A stretch of 26,959 bases of DNA, taken from the NCBI GenBank assembly GCA_026394635.1, contig JAPKXV010000308.1, positions 1 to 26,959 of the forward strand, written 5' to 3'. The position numbers and the translations under genes are program-made. Positions within the stretch are counted from its first letter, which is position 1. The number at the start of each line of letters is the position of its first letter. Shown piece by piece: positions 15,791 through 24,647 of this stretch. The notes beneath the pieces were generated by a model. It searched no databases, was not told where the DNA came from, and was given only the letters and a program-made list of their open reading frames with translations. The DNA comes from Methanoregula sp. (GTDB lineage Archaea; Halobacteriota; Methanomicrobia; Methanomicrobiales; Methanospirillaceae).

Positions 15791-17065
15791 ATGTCCGGAG
15801 ATGCTGACACGTTACATGTGATGGAAATCGTCCTGACCGCCGATATCTTCAACCGGCACCCGGAACTCGATATCAATGACCTAACTCCTCTCTGCCGGGA
15901 AATTTTTACATCGGTGAGCGCACCGGGTATCAAGCGCCCGGTCTCGGTCAGCGAGGGAATGATCAAACGCTCACTGGGAATCGCCGATGCCCATGAAAAG
16001 CTGGGCCAGAACCCCTTTGTCAGCTTTGAGGAGTTTGGGCAGCGCCTGAAACTTACGGCGCTGGAACCCGGAGCTCTCTGGTTCCTCAAACAGGGTGGCA
16101 GGCCGCTGATCGAGAAGAACCCTGCGCTTGCGTTCTATTTCGAAAAGATCGATTCGGTCGGTGTCTCGTACGCAGCAGTCCGGGCAGCAAATCCCCCCTT
16201 TGAGGATACCAAGGGATTTCTCGATACCAAGATCTCAAAGCTTGTTGCAGAAGATGAGAAACTGCGCGCTGCACTTGACCTTGTGATCATCAACTCGCCT
16301 GACGAAGTGGAGCAGAAAATGGAAGACCTGGTCTGCACGCCCGACCAGACCCGCCTCATCGCAAAGATCCGGCACGCGATCGAGCACCAGGAATTCCTGC
16401 ACCGGCACCGGATCTTTGAGATAGGCAAACTCCTCTTTGTCGGGCCCCCGGGGACCGGCAAGACATCGCTTGCCCTTGCGATGTCCCGCACCCTGCACAT
16501 GCCCATCCTTGAAGTCCGGCTCTCGATGATCACCTCCCAGTATCTCGGGGAGACCTCGAAAAATATTGACCGCATCTTTGAGCTGGCAAAGAAACTCTCG
16601 CCATCGATCCTGTTTGTCGACGAATTCGATTTTGTGGCAAAGAGCCGGGTCGCCGATGACCATGGCGCCATGAAACGCGCAGTGAACTCGCTGTTAAAAA
16701 ACATTGACAGGATCAGCCTCGTAAAAAACGGCGTGCTGCTGATCGCTGCCACCAATCACCCCCAGCTGCTTGACCTGGCGGCATGGCGGCGGTTTGATGA
16801 GGTGGTGGAGTTCTCCCTCCCCAACGAAGAGATGCGCAGGGAGATCTTAAAGAAAGTGACTGCATCCATCAACTGTTCCTGTGATTATTCGGAGCTTGCG
16901 GCACAGACCGATGGGTTCTCCGGTGCCGACCTTCGCCTGATGATAAAAGAGGCGATGCTCTCGGCGCTGATGGACCGCCGTGAGGCAATCGACCGCAGCG
17001 ATATCGAGAGGGGCATCATCATGGTGAAGAACCGGGATGCGATCCAGCGCATGAACTGGCTGTAG
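15791..17065 (+). CDS. AAA+ ATPase with an uncharacterised N-terminal domain
   Basis: Walker A GPPGTGKT, Walker B LFVDEFD, SRH ATNHPQLLDLAAWRRFD, lid GFSGADL. Probable start ATG 15791. Confidence 0.92.
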   Translation: MSGDADTLHVMEIVLTADIFNRHPELDINDLTPLCREIFTSVSAPGIKRPVSVSEGMIKRSLGIADAHEKLGQNPFVSFEEFGQRLKLTALEPGALWFLKQGGRPLIEKNPALAFYFEKIDSVGVSYAAVRAANPPFEDTKGFLDTKISKLVAEDEKLRAALDLVIINSPDEVEQKMEDLVCTPDQTRLIAKIRHAIEHQEFLHRHRIFEIGKLLFVGPPGTGKTSLALAMSRTLHMPILEVRLSMITSQYLGETSKNIDRIFELAKKLSPSILFVDEFDFVAKSRVADDHGAMKRAVNSLLKNIDRISLVKNGVLLIAATNHPQLLDLAAWRRFDEVVEFSLPNEEMRREILKKVTASINCSCDYSELAAQTDGFSGADLRLMIKEAMLSALMDRREAIDRSDIERGIIMVKNRDAIQRMNWL

Positions 17066-17066
17066 C

Positions 17067-17786
17067 ATGAAACTCACCCTGCTGGGCACCGGTGATGCGA
17101 TCGGCACCCCGAAGATCGGGTGCTCCTGCCCCCAGTGTGCTCGCGCCGGCAAAACCGGTGTCATGCGCCTGCGGACTTCCCTGCTCCTCGAAAATGAGGG
17201 CGCACACATCCTTATCGACTCTTCCCCCGACCTCCGGCAGCAGCTCCTTCTCCACGGCTCTCCGAAAATCGATGCGGTTATCTGGACCCACGGGCACTAC
17301 GATCATTTCATCGGGTTTGGTGAGTTCTACCGTGTGCAGGACGTGCCGCCGGTCTATGCAGCGCCGCCGGTGCTCTCCTATTGTGCCGAGCTATTCAGGT
17401 TCCTCCCGTTTGAAAAACACCCGGTAAATCCCTATGAAACGTTTCACCTTTCCGGGTGCGCCATCACCCCGTTTCTGGTAAAACACCCCCCTGCATACAC
17501 CTGCGGCATGCTCATCGAATGCAACGGGGCACGGATCGGGTTCACCTCGGATACAAACCCGGATATCCCGGAAAAAAGCCTCGACCTGTTATACGACCTT
17601 GACCTCCTGCTCGTCGATGCCCTCGTCCCGTCGGATATCAGGGTCCACAAGCATATGAATTACCTTGATGCCTGTACCCTCGCGCAGAAACTCAAACCAA
17701 AGGAGTTCCGGTGCATCCATGCAAGCCACATGATCTCCTGGGACCTTCCCCACGTTGGCAGGGACCGTGAAACATTCGAATTCTAA
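17067..17786 (+). CDS. Metallo-beta-lactamase-fold hydrolase, PhnP/YycJ-like
   Basis: LGTGDAIGTP, CSCPQC, RLRTS, THGHYDH, FTSD and HASH motifs. Confidence 0.92.
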   Translation: MKLTLLGTGDAIGTPKIGCSCPQCARAGKTGVMRLRTSLLLENEGAHILIDSSPDLRQQLLLHGSPKIDAVIWTHGHYDHFIGFGEFYRVQDVPPVYAAPPVLSYCAELFRFLPFEKHPVNPYETFHLSGCAITPFLVKHPPAYTCGMLIECNGARIGFTSDTNPDIPEKSLDLLYDLDLLLVDALVPSDIRVHKHMNYLDACTLAQKLKPKEFRCIHASHMISWDLPHVGRDRETFEF

Positions 17787-17803
17787 AAAACCATTCCTTT
17801 TCA

Positions 17804-18010
17804 GGCTCTGGTGAAATCTCTATTCTCACAATATTTCCAGAGATCCACGATGAGCCGGTTTTCGATGGATATCGCAAGGGGGGATGCCACAGTGGCGGGG
17901 GCAATGTAAATCGAAGATGTCCTGATGGACATCTTCTCCAGTTTGCCTTCCCTGCGGGAACGGCAAACATCCCCAAGAACGTTATGAAGAATGATGATTT
18001 CTACAGAGCC
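17804..18010 (+). mobile_element. MITE-like repeat, copy B (207 bp)
   Basis: TIRs GGCTCTGGTGAAATC (17804-17818) and GATTTCTACAGAGCC (17996-18010), 13/15 complementary. Shares an exact 30-nt run with copy A. Confidence 0.8.
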
Positions 18011-18105
18011 CCTTCTCTCCTCTTTTCTTTTAAAAGACTCGCCCCCGGCGCCCATCCCCCGCTCACCCATACATTAATAGTTTTCAGCTCCCCAAACATA
18101 GGTGC

Positions 18106-18372
18106 ATGATTGTAAAAGTACTCGAGCTGGAGAGCAACAAGGCCCGTCTCCTCGTTCAGGGCGAAGGACATACCTTCATGAACGCCCTCACCGATGAGAT
18201 CCTCCGCGACCCTTCTGTGGACGTCGCAAAATACCTCATCGAATTCCAGTTCTCGGAACCGGAACTCCTCATCACCACCAAGGGTAAAAAAGACCCCCTC
18301 GTTGTCATAAAGGACGCATGCAAGCGGCTCTCCAAAAACTGCGATAAACTGGTTAAGGGTCTTGGAAAATAA
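18106..18372 (+). CDS. rpoL: RNA polymerase subunit L (Rpo11)
   Basis: GEGHTFMNAL...DPSVDVAKY...EPELLITT pattern; 88 aa. Confidence 0.93.
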   Translation: MIVKVLELESNKARLLVQGEGHTFMNALTDEILRDPSVDVAKYLIEFQFSEPELLITTKGKKDPLVVIKDACKRLSKNCDKLVKGLGK

Positions 18373-18495
18373 ACGGCATTTCCCTTCATTTCCCCTGGTC
18401 CGTTATCTCTTTTTTTAAAAAAATCATCAAAATTATGGATGACTGGCCTGATAACGACCATCAGGATATTTAAAAAAAAGTATTCACTTCAGGGC

Positions 18496-19110
18496 CTAAA
18501 CCGCCCGTTCGGTAAAAACAATCGAACCGGAGACGCGGGTGATCTTGACTTTCACCTGCTGGCCGGGTTTTGCATTTGCCACGTAGATGATGTACCGCCC
18601 CATCTTCACGACCCCGTCCCCGCGACGGGAGAGCGACTGGATCTCCAGGTCGAGGATTGCACCCTCTTCAAGGTTCTTTTCCACCGGTTCGGTGCGTGCC
18701 TTGCGCTTCCTCACCGGCCGGTGACCTCCGCAGGCATCGCAGCGCAGGAGCTGCACCCGGTCATCCTTGACAAGTTTGGTATCCGGCCTGCCGCATTCGG
18801 AACAGATGACGTAATCATCAACATAATTCTTAATGATCGCTTTTATTAAGGAGATCTCGAACTTCCCGTTGAAAATGGCGCGGTTGCCGTCTATCTTTCC
18901 CGAAGTCCCGAGCTCACCTAACAGGAATTTCATGAGGTGGTCATGGTCGCGCCGGACCTTGTCTGCGATCTCCACAAAATTTTCAAGTACGGTTGTCTTG
19001 CCTTCGATGTACGCTTTGGCTTCGGGTACGACAAACCGTTCTGACGAGGTGCTCACCTCGGAAATATTGGTGTATGCCTTTTTTAAGAGGTTTTCATAGG
19101 GATCAGTCAT
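18496..19110 (-). CDS. eif2b: Translation initiation factor aIF-2 beta with C-terminal TRAM domain
   Basis: IEGKTT..NF, ELGTSG, Zn finger CSECGRPDT...CDACG, then TRAM ([27 protein letters not shown]). Confidence 0.96.
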   Translation of the reverse strand: MTDPYENLLKKAYTNISEVSTSSERFVVPEAKAYIEGKTTVLENFVEIADKVRRDHDHLMKFLLGELGTSGKIDGNRAIFNGKFEISLIKAIIKNYVDDYVICSECGRPDTKLVKDDRVQLLRCDACGGHRPVRKRKARTEPVEKNLEEGAILDLEIQSLSRRGDGVVKMGRYIIYVANAKPGQQVKVKITRVSGSIVFTERAV

Positions 19111-19217
19111 CGTACATATAAGAGGGGGGATTCAAGCAAAAGGCTTTCCCAGTGTCGTGGAGGCCGCTCCGGCCGGTTACAGGAGCTATTTTGTAATTTT
19201 ACGATCCATCACTGATC

Positions 19218-22160
19218 ATGGATTCTTTTATCCACCGGATAGAAGTTCACTATAAATCTGATCCACGATTGCAGTCCAGGTCCGACCGGATCCGCTCCCT
19301 GGGGTTTCCCCTCAGCGAACTGCACCTCATCGATATCTATACCATTGCGACGGGCTCGCGGGATTTTTCAAAGGACGAGCTCGCACAAATCGGCGCACAA
19401 CTTATCAACCCCGTCGTCCAGGAATATACCATCGATACGGCGACAACGGCAGATTTCGATTACGCGATCGAAGTCGGGTTTCTCCCGGGGGTCACCGACA
19501 ATGTCGGCACGACGGCAAAACAGACCATCGAGGACTTTTTCTCGTTCCGGTTTTTGGACGGGGAATCGGTCACCAGCTCGCAGCTCTTCTTTGTACGCGG
19601 GGCCCTGTCGCCGGATTCGGTGCAGGAACTCGCGTCGACACTGGCAAATCCTCTCGTAAACCGGGTCCATATCAGGACACGCAGGGAGTACGGCAGCCGG
19701 GGCATGGACCCCGTCGTGCCATCGGTCCACCTCAACGAGATCCCGACAGCAGAGACCGTTGATCTCGATTTGGACGACGCGAACCTTGCGAGGCTGGGAA
19801 AAGAGGGGATACCGGATGCGGCAACCGGGCAGCGGAGAGGTCCGCTTGCCCTTGACCTTGCCCAGCTCCACACAATCCGCAACTATTTTAAAAAGAAAGG
19901 CAGGAAACCGACGGACGTGGAACTCGAGTCCCTCGCCCAGACCTGGAGCGAGCACTGCAAGCACACGATCTTTGCGTCGGCAATGGACGACGATATCCCC
20001 CAAGGCCTCTACAAATCCTGCATCCAGGCAGCCACCAATAAGATCCGCAAAGAGAAAGGGAAGAAGGATATCTGCGTCTCGGTCTTTTCGGATAACTCCG
20101 GCGCGATCATCTTCGATGAGACGTACCTGGTGACGCACAAGGTCGAGACCCATAACTCGCCGTCGGCCCTCGACCCCTTCGGCGGTGCCCTGACCGGCAT
20201 TGTCGGGGTGAACCGGGACACGATCGGGTTTGGCCTCGGGGCAAAGCCATGCCTTAACTATTACGGGTACTGCGTCGGGGATCCCGATACCGATCCGAAA
20301 TTATTCCGGGGGAAAAACAGATTGAACCCCATCCTCTCCCCCCGGCAGATCCTCGACGGCGTGGTCCGCGGGGTGGGCGTCGGCGGCAACTGCTCGGGCA
20401 TCGCAACCCCGCAGGGCTGGTGCTGTTTCCATGACCGGTACACCGGCAAACCCCTCGTGTTCGCCGGGACAGTCGGCGTGATGCCCCGGGAACACAAAGG
20501 ACGGAAACTCTCCGAGAAGCGGGCGAAAGCCGGCGACCTCATCGTCATGGTGGGAGGCCGGGTGGGAAAGGACGGGATCCACGGCGCCACGTTCTCCTCG
20601 GAGCCACTTGACCCGGCAAGCCCGGTCACTGCCGTCCAGATCGGGGACCCGATCACCCAGAAGAAACTCTCCGATGTGATCGTCAAGGAAGCCCGCGACC
20701 CCGGGCTGTACCGCAGCATCACGGACAACGGGGCCGGCGGCCTCTCCTGCTCCGTTGCAGAGATGGCAAAGGAGTGCAACGGCTGCCATGTCGCCCTTGA
20801 CAAAGTCCCGTTGAAATATCCCGGCATGGCGCCGTGGGAGATCTGGATTTCCGAATCCCAGGAGCGCATGACGCTTGCGATCCCCAAAGAGAACCTGAAC
20901 GCGTTCCTGGACCTGGTGCAGAGGCGGGAGGTCGAGGCAACGGTGATCGGCACCTTCACGGATACCGGGAAGTGTGTTGTTGAGTGCCATGGCGATGTCG
21001 TGATGGACGTGGACCTGGATTTCCTTCATGACGGCCTGCCGAAAAAACATCTGAAGACCACCTTCACACAAAAAACCTATCCGGAACCGGATCCTGCCTG
21101 CCCGGCCCGGCTTGATGAGACCCTGCTCTCCCTGCTGCAGCGGAAGAACATCTGCTCAAAGGAGTTCATCTCCATCCAGTACGACCATACCGTGCAGGGC
21201 GGCCATGTGCTCGGGCCGGTGCAGGGTAAAGGGCGGGTGCAGGCGGCAGCTTCCCTGACCAAAGTCGTGCCGGGTTCGAAAAAGGGGGTCGGGTTATCGC
21301 AGGGCCTGTTCCCTTCGTATTCGGAGATTGACCCCTACCGCATGGCGGCTGCAGGGATCGACACGGCCATCCGGGGACTGATCGCGATCGGCATACCGCT
21401 GGACCAGATTGCGCTTCTCGATAATTTCTGCTGGTGCTCGTCCGATAACCCTGAACGGCTCGGGCAGCTGAAACGGGCCGCACAGGGATGCTATGATGTT
21501 GCCACCGCGTTTGGCACCCCGTTCATCTCCGGGAAAGACAGTATGTTCAACGATTTCTCCGGGTTCGATGCCAAGAGCAACCCGGTGAAGATCTCCGTGC
21601 CCCCGACGCTCCTCATCTCCTCGATCGGCATTCACCCCGATGTGATCAGTGCCGTATCCATGGATGCCAAGTTCGAAGGCGACCTCATCTACGTCATCGG
21701 GGAGACATCGGAAGAACTGGGCGGGTCTGAATATTTCGCGAGCCTGGGTAGCACCGGAAATACGGTCCCTGCACTGGATGCCGGAAAAGCGAAAGCACGG
21801 TACCGGCGGCTGACCGATGCGATCGGGAAGGAGCTCGTAGCTTCTGCACACCCGGTCAGCCACGGGGGCCTCGCCGTCGCTCTTGCGAAGGTCGCGATCG
21901 CAGGCCGGATCGGCATGGACATCACCATTCCTTCCGGCATGCGGCCGGATTACTATCTTTTCTCCGAATCGCTCTCCCGGTTCGTTGTCACGGTTTCCCC
22001 GGCGAACCAGAAAGCCTTTGAGAAGATCGCCAGCACGGATGCCGTGCTGCTGGGACAGTTGAGCGGCAGGTCTTTGCGGGTTGCCGCACAAAAAAATCTT
22101 ATCGACATCCCGGTGGACGATCTGGAGAACGCCTATAAATTACCATTCCGGGGGTACTGA
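19218..22160 (+). CDS. purL: Phosphoribosylformylglycinamidine synthase, synthetase subunit, long form (980 aa)
   Basis: QTWSEHCKH, KVETHNSPS, DGIHGATFSS, DNGAGGLS, SESQERM, YDHTVQG, LDNFCW and SGKDS motifs. Confidence 0.96.
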   Translation: MDSFIHRIEVHYKSDPRLQSRSDRIRSLGFPLSELHLIDIYTIATGSRDFSKDELAQIGAQLINPVVQEYTIDTATTADFDYAIEVGFLPGVTDNVGTTAKQTIEDFFSFRFLDGESVTSSQLFFVRGALSPDSVQELASTLANPLVNRVHIRTRREYGSRGMDPVVPSVHLNEIPTAETVDLDLDDANLARLGKEGIPDAATGQRRGPLALDLAQLHTIRNYFKKKGRKPTDVELESLAQTWSEHCKHTIFASAMDDDIPQGLYKSCIQAATNKIRKEKGKKDICVSVFSDNSGAIIFDETYLVTHKVETHNSPSALDPFGGALTGIVGVNRDTIGFGLGAKPCLNYYGYCVGDPDTDPKLFRGKNRLNPILSPRQILDGVVRGVGVGGNCSGIATPQGWCCFHDRYTGKPLVFAGTVGVMPREHKGRKLSEKRAKAGDLIVMVGGRVGKDGIHGATFSSEPLDPASPVTAVQIGDPITQKKLSDVIVKEARDPGLYRSITDNGAGGLSCSVAEMAKECNGCHVALDKVPLKYPGMAPWEIWISESQERMTLAIPKENLNAFLDLVQRREVEATVIGTFTDTGKCVVECHGDVVMDVDLDFLHDGLPKKHLKTTFTQKTYPEPDPACPARLDETLLSLLQRKNICSKEFISIQYDHTVQGGHVLGPVQGKGRVQAAASLTKVVPGSKKGVGLSQGLFPSYSEIDPYRMAAAGIDTAIRGLIAIGIPLDQIALLDNFCWCSSDNPERLGQLKRAAQGCYDVATAFGTPFISGKDSMFNDFSGFDAKSNPVKISVPPTLLISSIGIHPDVISAVSMDAKFEGDLIYVIGETSEELGGSEYFASLGSTGNTVPALDAGKAKARYRRLTDAIGKELVASAHPVSHGGLAVALAKVAIAGRIGMDITIPSGMRPDYYLFSESLSRFVVTVSPANQKAFEKIASTDAVLLGQLSGRSLRVAAQKNLIDIPVDDLENAYKLPFRGY

Positions 22161-22162
22161 CC

Positions 22163-23038
22163 ATGGCAGGGGGAAACGGGAGGGAAAAGAAGAAACCGCA
22201 GCGACAGGCAACAGAGAGGGCTCCGGACGCTCCGGTACAGGTAGGTGCAAAGGCCCTCATCATGAGCGGCTACGGGATCAACTCCGAGATGGAGACGCAG
22301 GAAGCGCTCGCCCGGGCCGGCATGGGGTCGGACATCGTCCACAGCAACGATTTGATCGCGGGAAGAAAAACGCTCTCCGGTTACCGGCTGCTGGTCTTCC
22401 CCGGCGGTTTTTCGTATGGCGACGATACCGGCGCCGGTAACGCGTACGCAAACCGGGTGCGGAACAACCTGTGGGGCGACCTTGAGAAATTTTTAGACGG
22501 CGATAACCTCGTGCTGGGGATCTGCAACGGGTTCCAGATCCTCGCAAACCTCGGTCTTGTGCCGGCGTTTGACAAAAAATATACCCGCGAGATCGCCCTG
22601 ATGCCCAACCGGAAAGGGGTGCTGGAATGCCGGTTTGTTACCATCAAACCCGCAGCCGACAACCTCTGGACAAGGGGCATCGAACGCATCTCCTGCCCCG
22701 TCTCCCATGGCGAGGGGAATTTTTACTGTTCACCTGATACCCTGCAGCGGTTGAAGGACCAGAAGATGATCACGTTCCGGTACTGCCGGGACGATATGAG
22801 CCCTGCAGACGGGGAGTACCCGCACAACCCCAACGGTTCGGTAGAAGACATCGCCGGCATCACGTCCGAAGACGGGAAAGTGTTGGGCCTGATGCCGCAC
22901 CCGGAGCGGGCCATGGAGTTTGTCAACCTGTATGACTGGCCGTACCAGAAAGAGATGATGAAACGCAAAGGCATAGAACCGCCGCAGGAATCCTTAAACA
23001 TGCAGTTTTTCAAAAATATTACACGATATTTCCAGTAG
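22163..23038 (+). CDS. purQ: FGAM synthase glutaminase subunit
   Basis: GYGINSE, PGGFSYGD, catalytic GICNGFQ, SHGEG, NPNGS and MPHPER motifs. Confidence 0.96.
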   Translation: MAGGNGREKKKPQRQATERAPDAPVQVGAKALIMSGYGINSEMETQEALARAGMGSDIVHSNDLIAGRKTLSGYRLLVFPGGFSYGDDTGAGNAYANRVRNNLWGDLEKFLDGDNLVLGICNGFQILANLGLVPAFDKKYTREIALMPNRKGVLECRFVTIKPAADNLWTRGIERISCPVSHGEGNFYCSPDTLQRLKDQKMITFRYCRDDMSPADGEYPHNPNGSVEDIAGITSEDGKVLGLMPHPERAMEFVNLYDWPYQKEMMKRKGIEPPQESLNMQFFKNITRYFQ

Positions 23039-23181
23039 GGTAAACTACCATTTTAACACCCTAATCATCACAGCCTTTTCGACGTATTCAATAAACGAAA
23101 CGCTGTTCCTGAAAAAACGTAAAGGAAAAGTGAATGCAGATATCGTGTAATTTTTTACCGTTGAATGTCAACCTCCTGTCC

Positions 23182-23255
23182 GTCTATCGCAACCGGGGGA
23201 TGCCCCAGCGGCGGGGGCGGAGGCCCAGCCGAAGCCCCCAAGAGCGACTATAGAC
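23182..23255 (+). repeat. Structured intergenic repeat sharing the MITE central core (copy D)
   Basis: TATCGCAACCGGGGGATGCCCCAGCGGCGGGGGC resembles copy B TATCGCAAGGGGGGATGCCACAGTGGCGGGGGC; closed by GTCTAT...ATAGAC. Confidence 0.55.
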
Positions 23256-23428
23256 TGCTGATTCAATCATAGATCCAGAAAAATTTTGGTGCAAAGTGAG
23301 CACGTTACCCTTCCCGTAATGGGAAAGGTCCGGGTACCACCCGTTCCCCTCTTCACTCGTCCGGTTCGCCCCGGACAGGCGCGGGATTCTTCCCCGGCCG
23401 TACGCCAGAAAAATACGCCGGACGGTTC

Positions 23429-23911
23429 TTATTCTGTCATCGAGGCATTGACCCTGACGATCAGCTCATTGAGCCGTTTCCCATCCGACAGATCGTTTTT
23501 GGTGAAGATGTAGACCCCGATGACCTTTACGCCCTTTGCCTCGAGCGCCTTCTTCATGATATCGAGGGTCTCGCCCGGTTTGCCCCCGCACGTCGCAAAG
23601 ATGATCGCTTTTTTCCCCTCACACCCTTGTAACGCGGCGATTGCGGCATTGGTGGCAGGCGTCGGTTTCCCGGCCCATACCGGGGTGCCAAGGACAACCA
23701 TGTCATATCCGGCAACATCGATCTTTTTCTGCTCGATGGGGTCCTGCCTGCCCTTCATCGCGCGGTACCCGCCCAGCACATACACCGTAAGTGCATTGTA
23801 TTTCTTCTGGGGCATCACTTCGATCAGGTCACCCCCGCAGGCAACTTTCACCTTCTTCGCTATGCGGCGGGTGGTGCCGGAGTGCGAGTGATAGAGGATA
23901 CATCGGGACAT
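23429..23911 (-). CDS. Flavodoxin-like protein
   Basis: FMN phosphate loop SHSGTT; LGTPVWAGKP; FATCGG. Confidence 0.9.
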   Translation of the reverse strand: MSRCILYHSHSGTTRRIAKKVKVACGGDLIEVMPQKKYNALTVYVLGGYRAMKGRQDPIEQKKIDVAGYDMVVLGTPVWAGKPTPATNAAIAALQGCEGKKAIIFATCGGKPGETLDIMKKALEAKGVKVIGVYIFTKNDLSDGKRLNELIVRVNASMTE

Positions 23912-24017
23912 ACCTGAGATATCAGCATTGCCAGAGAAAAAAGGTTGGCGGAAGGAAGTCTGGCAGGAAACGGGGCAGCTTCACCTGTACATCGAAGGTA
24001 CCCTGCCTTCCCTGCGC

Positions 24018-24503
24018 TCAGGCGCGGGTAGCGGCACTGACCATGGTGAGGATCTCTTTTGTTTTTTTCTCGTTCTCAATCTCTTTTTTGTGGATCGTCA
24101 TGGTGCCGCGGACCTGCATCGTGCGCCCTTCACACCACGTTGTGAACGTTTCTTCTGATGACCCCGGCATACCGCCATGGCAGAAAAATCCGATGACCGG
24201 TTTTCCCTCGCAGCCTTTCAGGGCCAGTATGGCTGCATGGATGACCGGCGTCGGTTTGAATGCCCATACGGGGGACCCCAGGACAATGAGGTCATACCCC
24301 GAGACATCGATGGATGCCGGTTCAATGGGGGTCGTCTCTTCACCCTGCGCTTTTTTGCACCGGCTCATAAAGCGCGTGAGGGGGACATAATATGCACGGT
24401 CATACACCTCGATAAGGCGCACATCGGTGCAGGCCGATGCGAGGTGCTGCGCCACGTGCCGTGTCGTGCCGGTTTCAGAGTGGTAGATGATGCAAATCTT
24501 CAT
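24018..24503 (-). CDS. Flavodoxin-like protein, tandem paralogue
   Basis: SETGTT; LGSPVWAFKP; FFCHGG. Confidence 0.9.
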   Translation of the reverse strand: MKICIIYHSETGTTRHVAQHLASACTDVRLIEVYDRAYYVPLTRFMSRCKKAQGEETTPIEPASIDVSGYDLIVLGSPVWAFKPTPVIHAAILALKGCEGKPVIGFFCHGGMPGSSEETFTTWCEGRTMQVRGTMTIHKKEIENEKKTKEILTMVSAATRA

Positions 24504-24535
24504 CCAGATACTATGGGAATGTTCAATAAAAAAAG

Positions 24536-24627
24536 GGCTCTGGTGAGATCCCTGATCTTACATCATTACCAGAGATCCATGATGAACCGGTTTTCGACGG
24601 ATATCGCAAGGGGGGCTGCCCCACGGG
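24536..24627 (+). repeat. 5'-half fragment of the MITE-like repeat (copy C)
   Basis: Begins GGCTCTGGTGAGATC; 44/47 identical to copy B over CCAGAGATCC...CGCAAGGGGGG; 3' half and right TIR are absent. Confidence 0.8.
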
Positions 24628-24647
24628 CAAAAAAGGAAGAGAGAAGA

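Noticed and set aside
17795-18020. Target-site duplication around repeat copy B
   Set aside because: The flanks (TCCTTTTCA and CCTTCTCTC) are not identical, so transposition is not proven by a TSD.
18496-18680. TRAM domain fused to aIF-2beta as a novelty
   Set aside because: A known architecture in several euryarchaeal lineages.
19345-22547. Long antisense and alternate-frame ORFs over purL/purQ (also over pepQ, AAA and mptA)
   Set aside because: Expected in GC-rich coding DNA; no motifs or independent start context.
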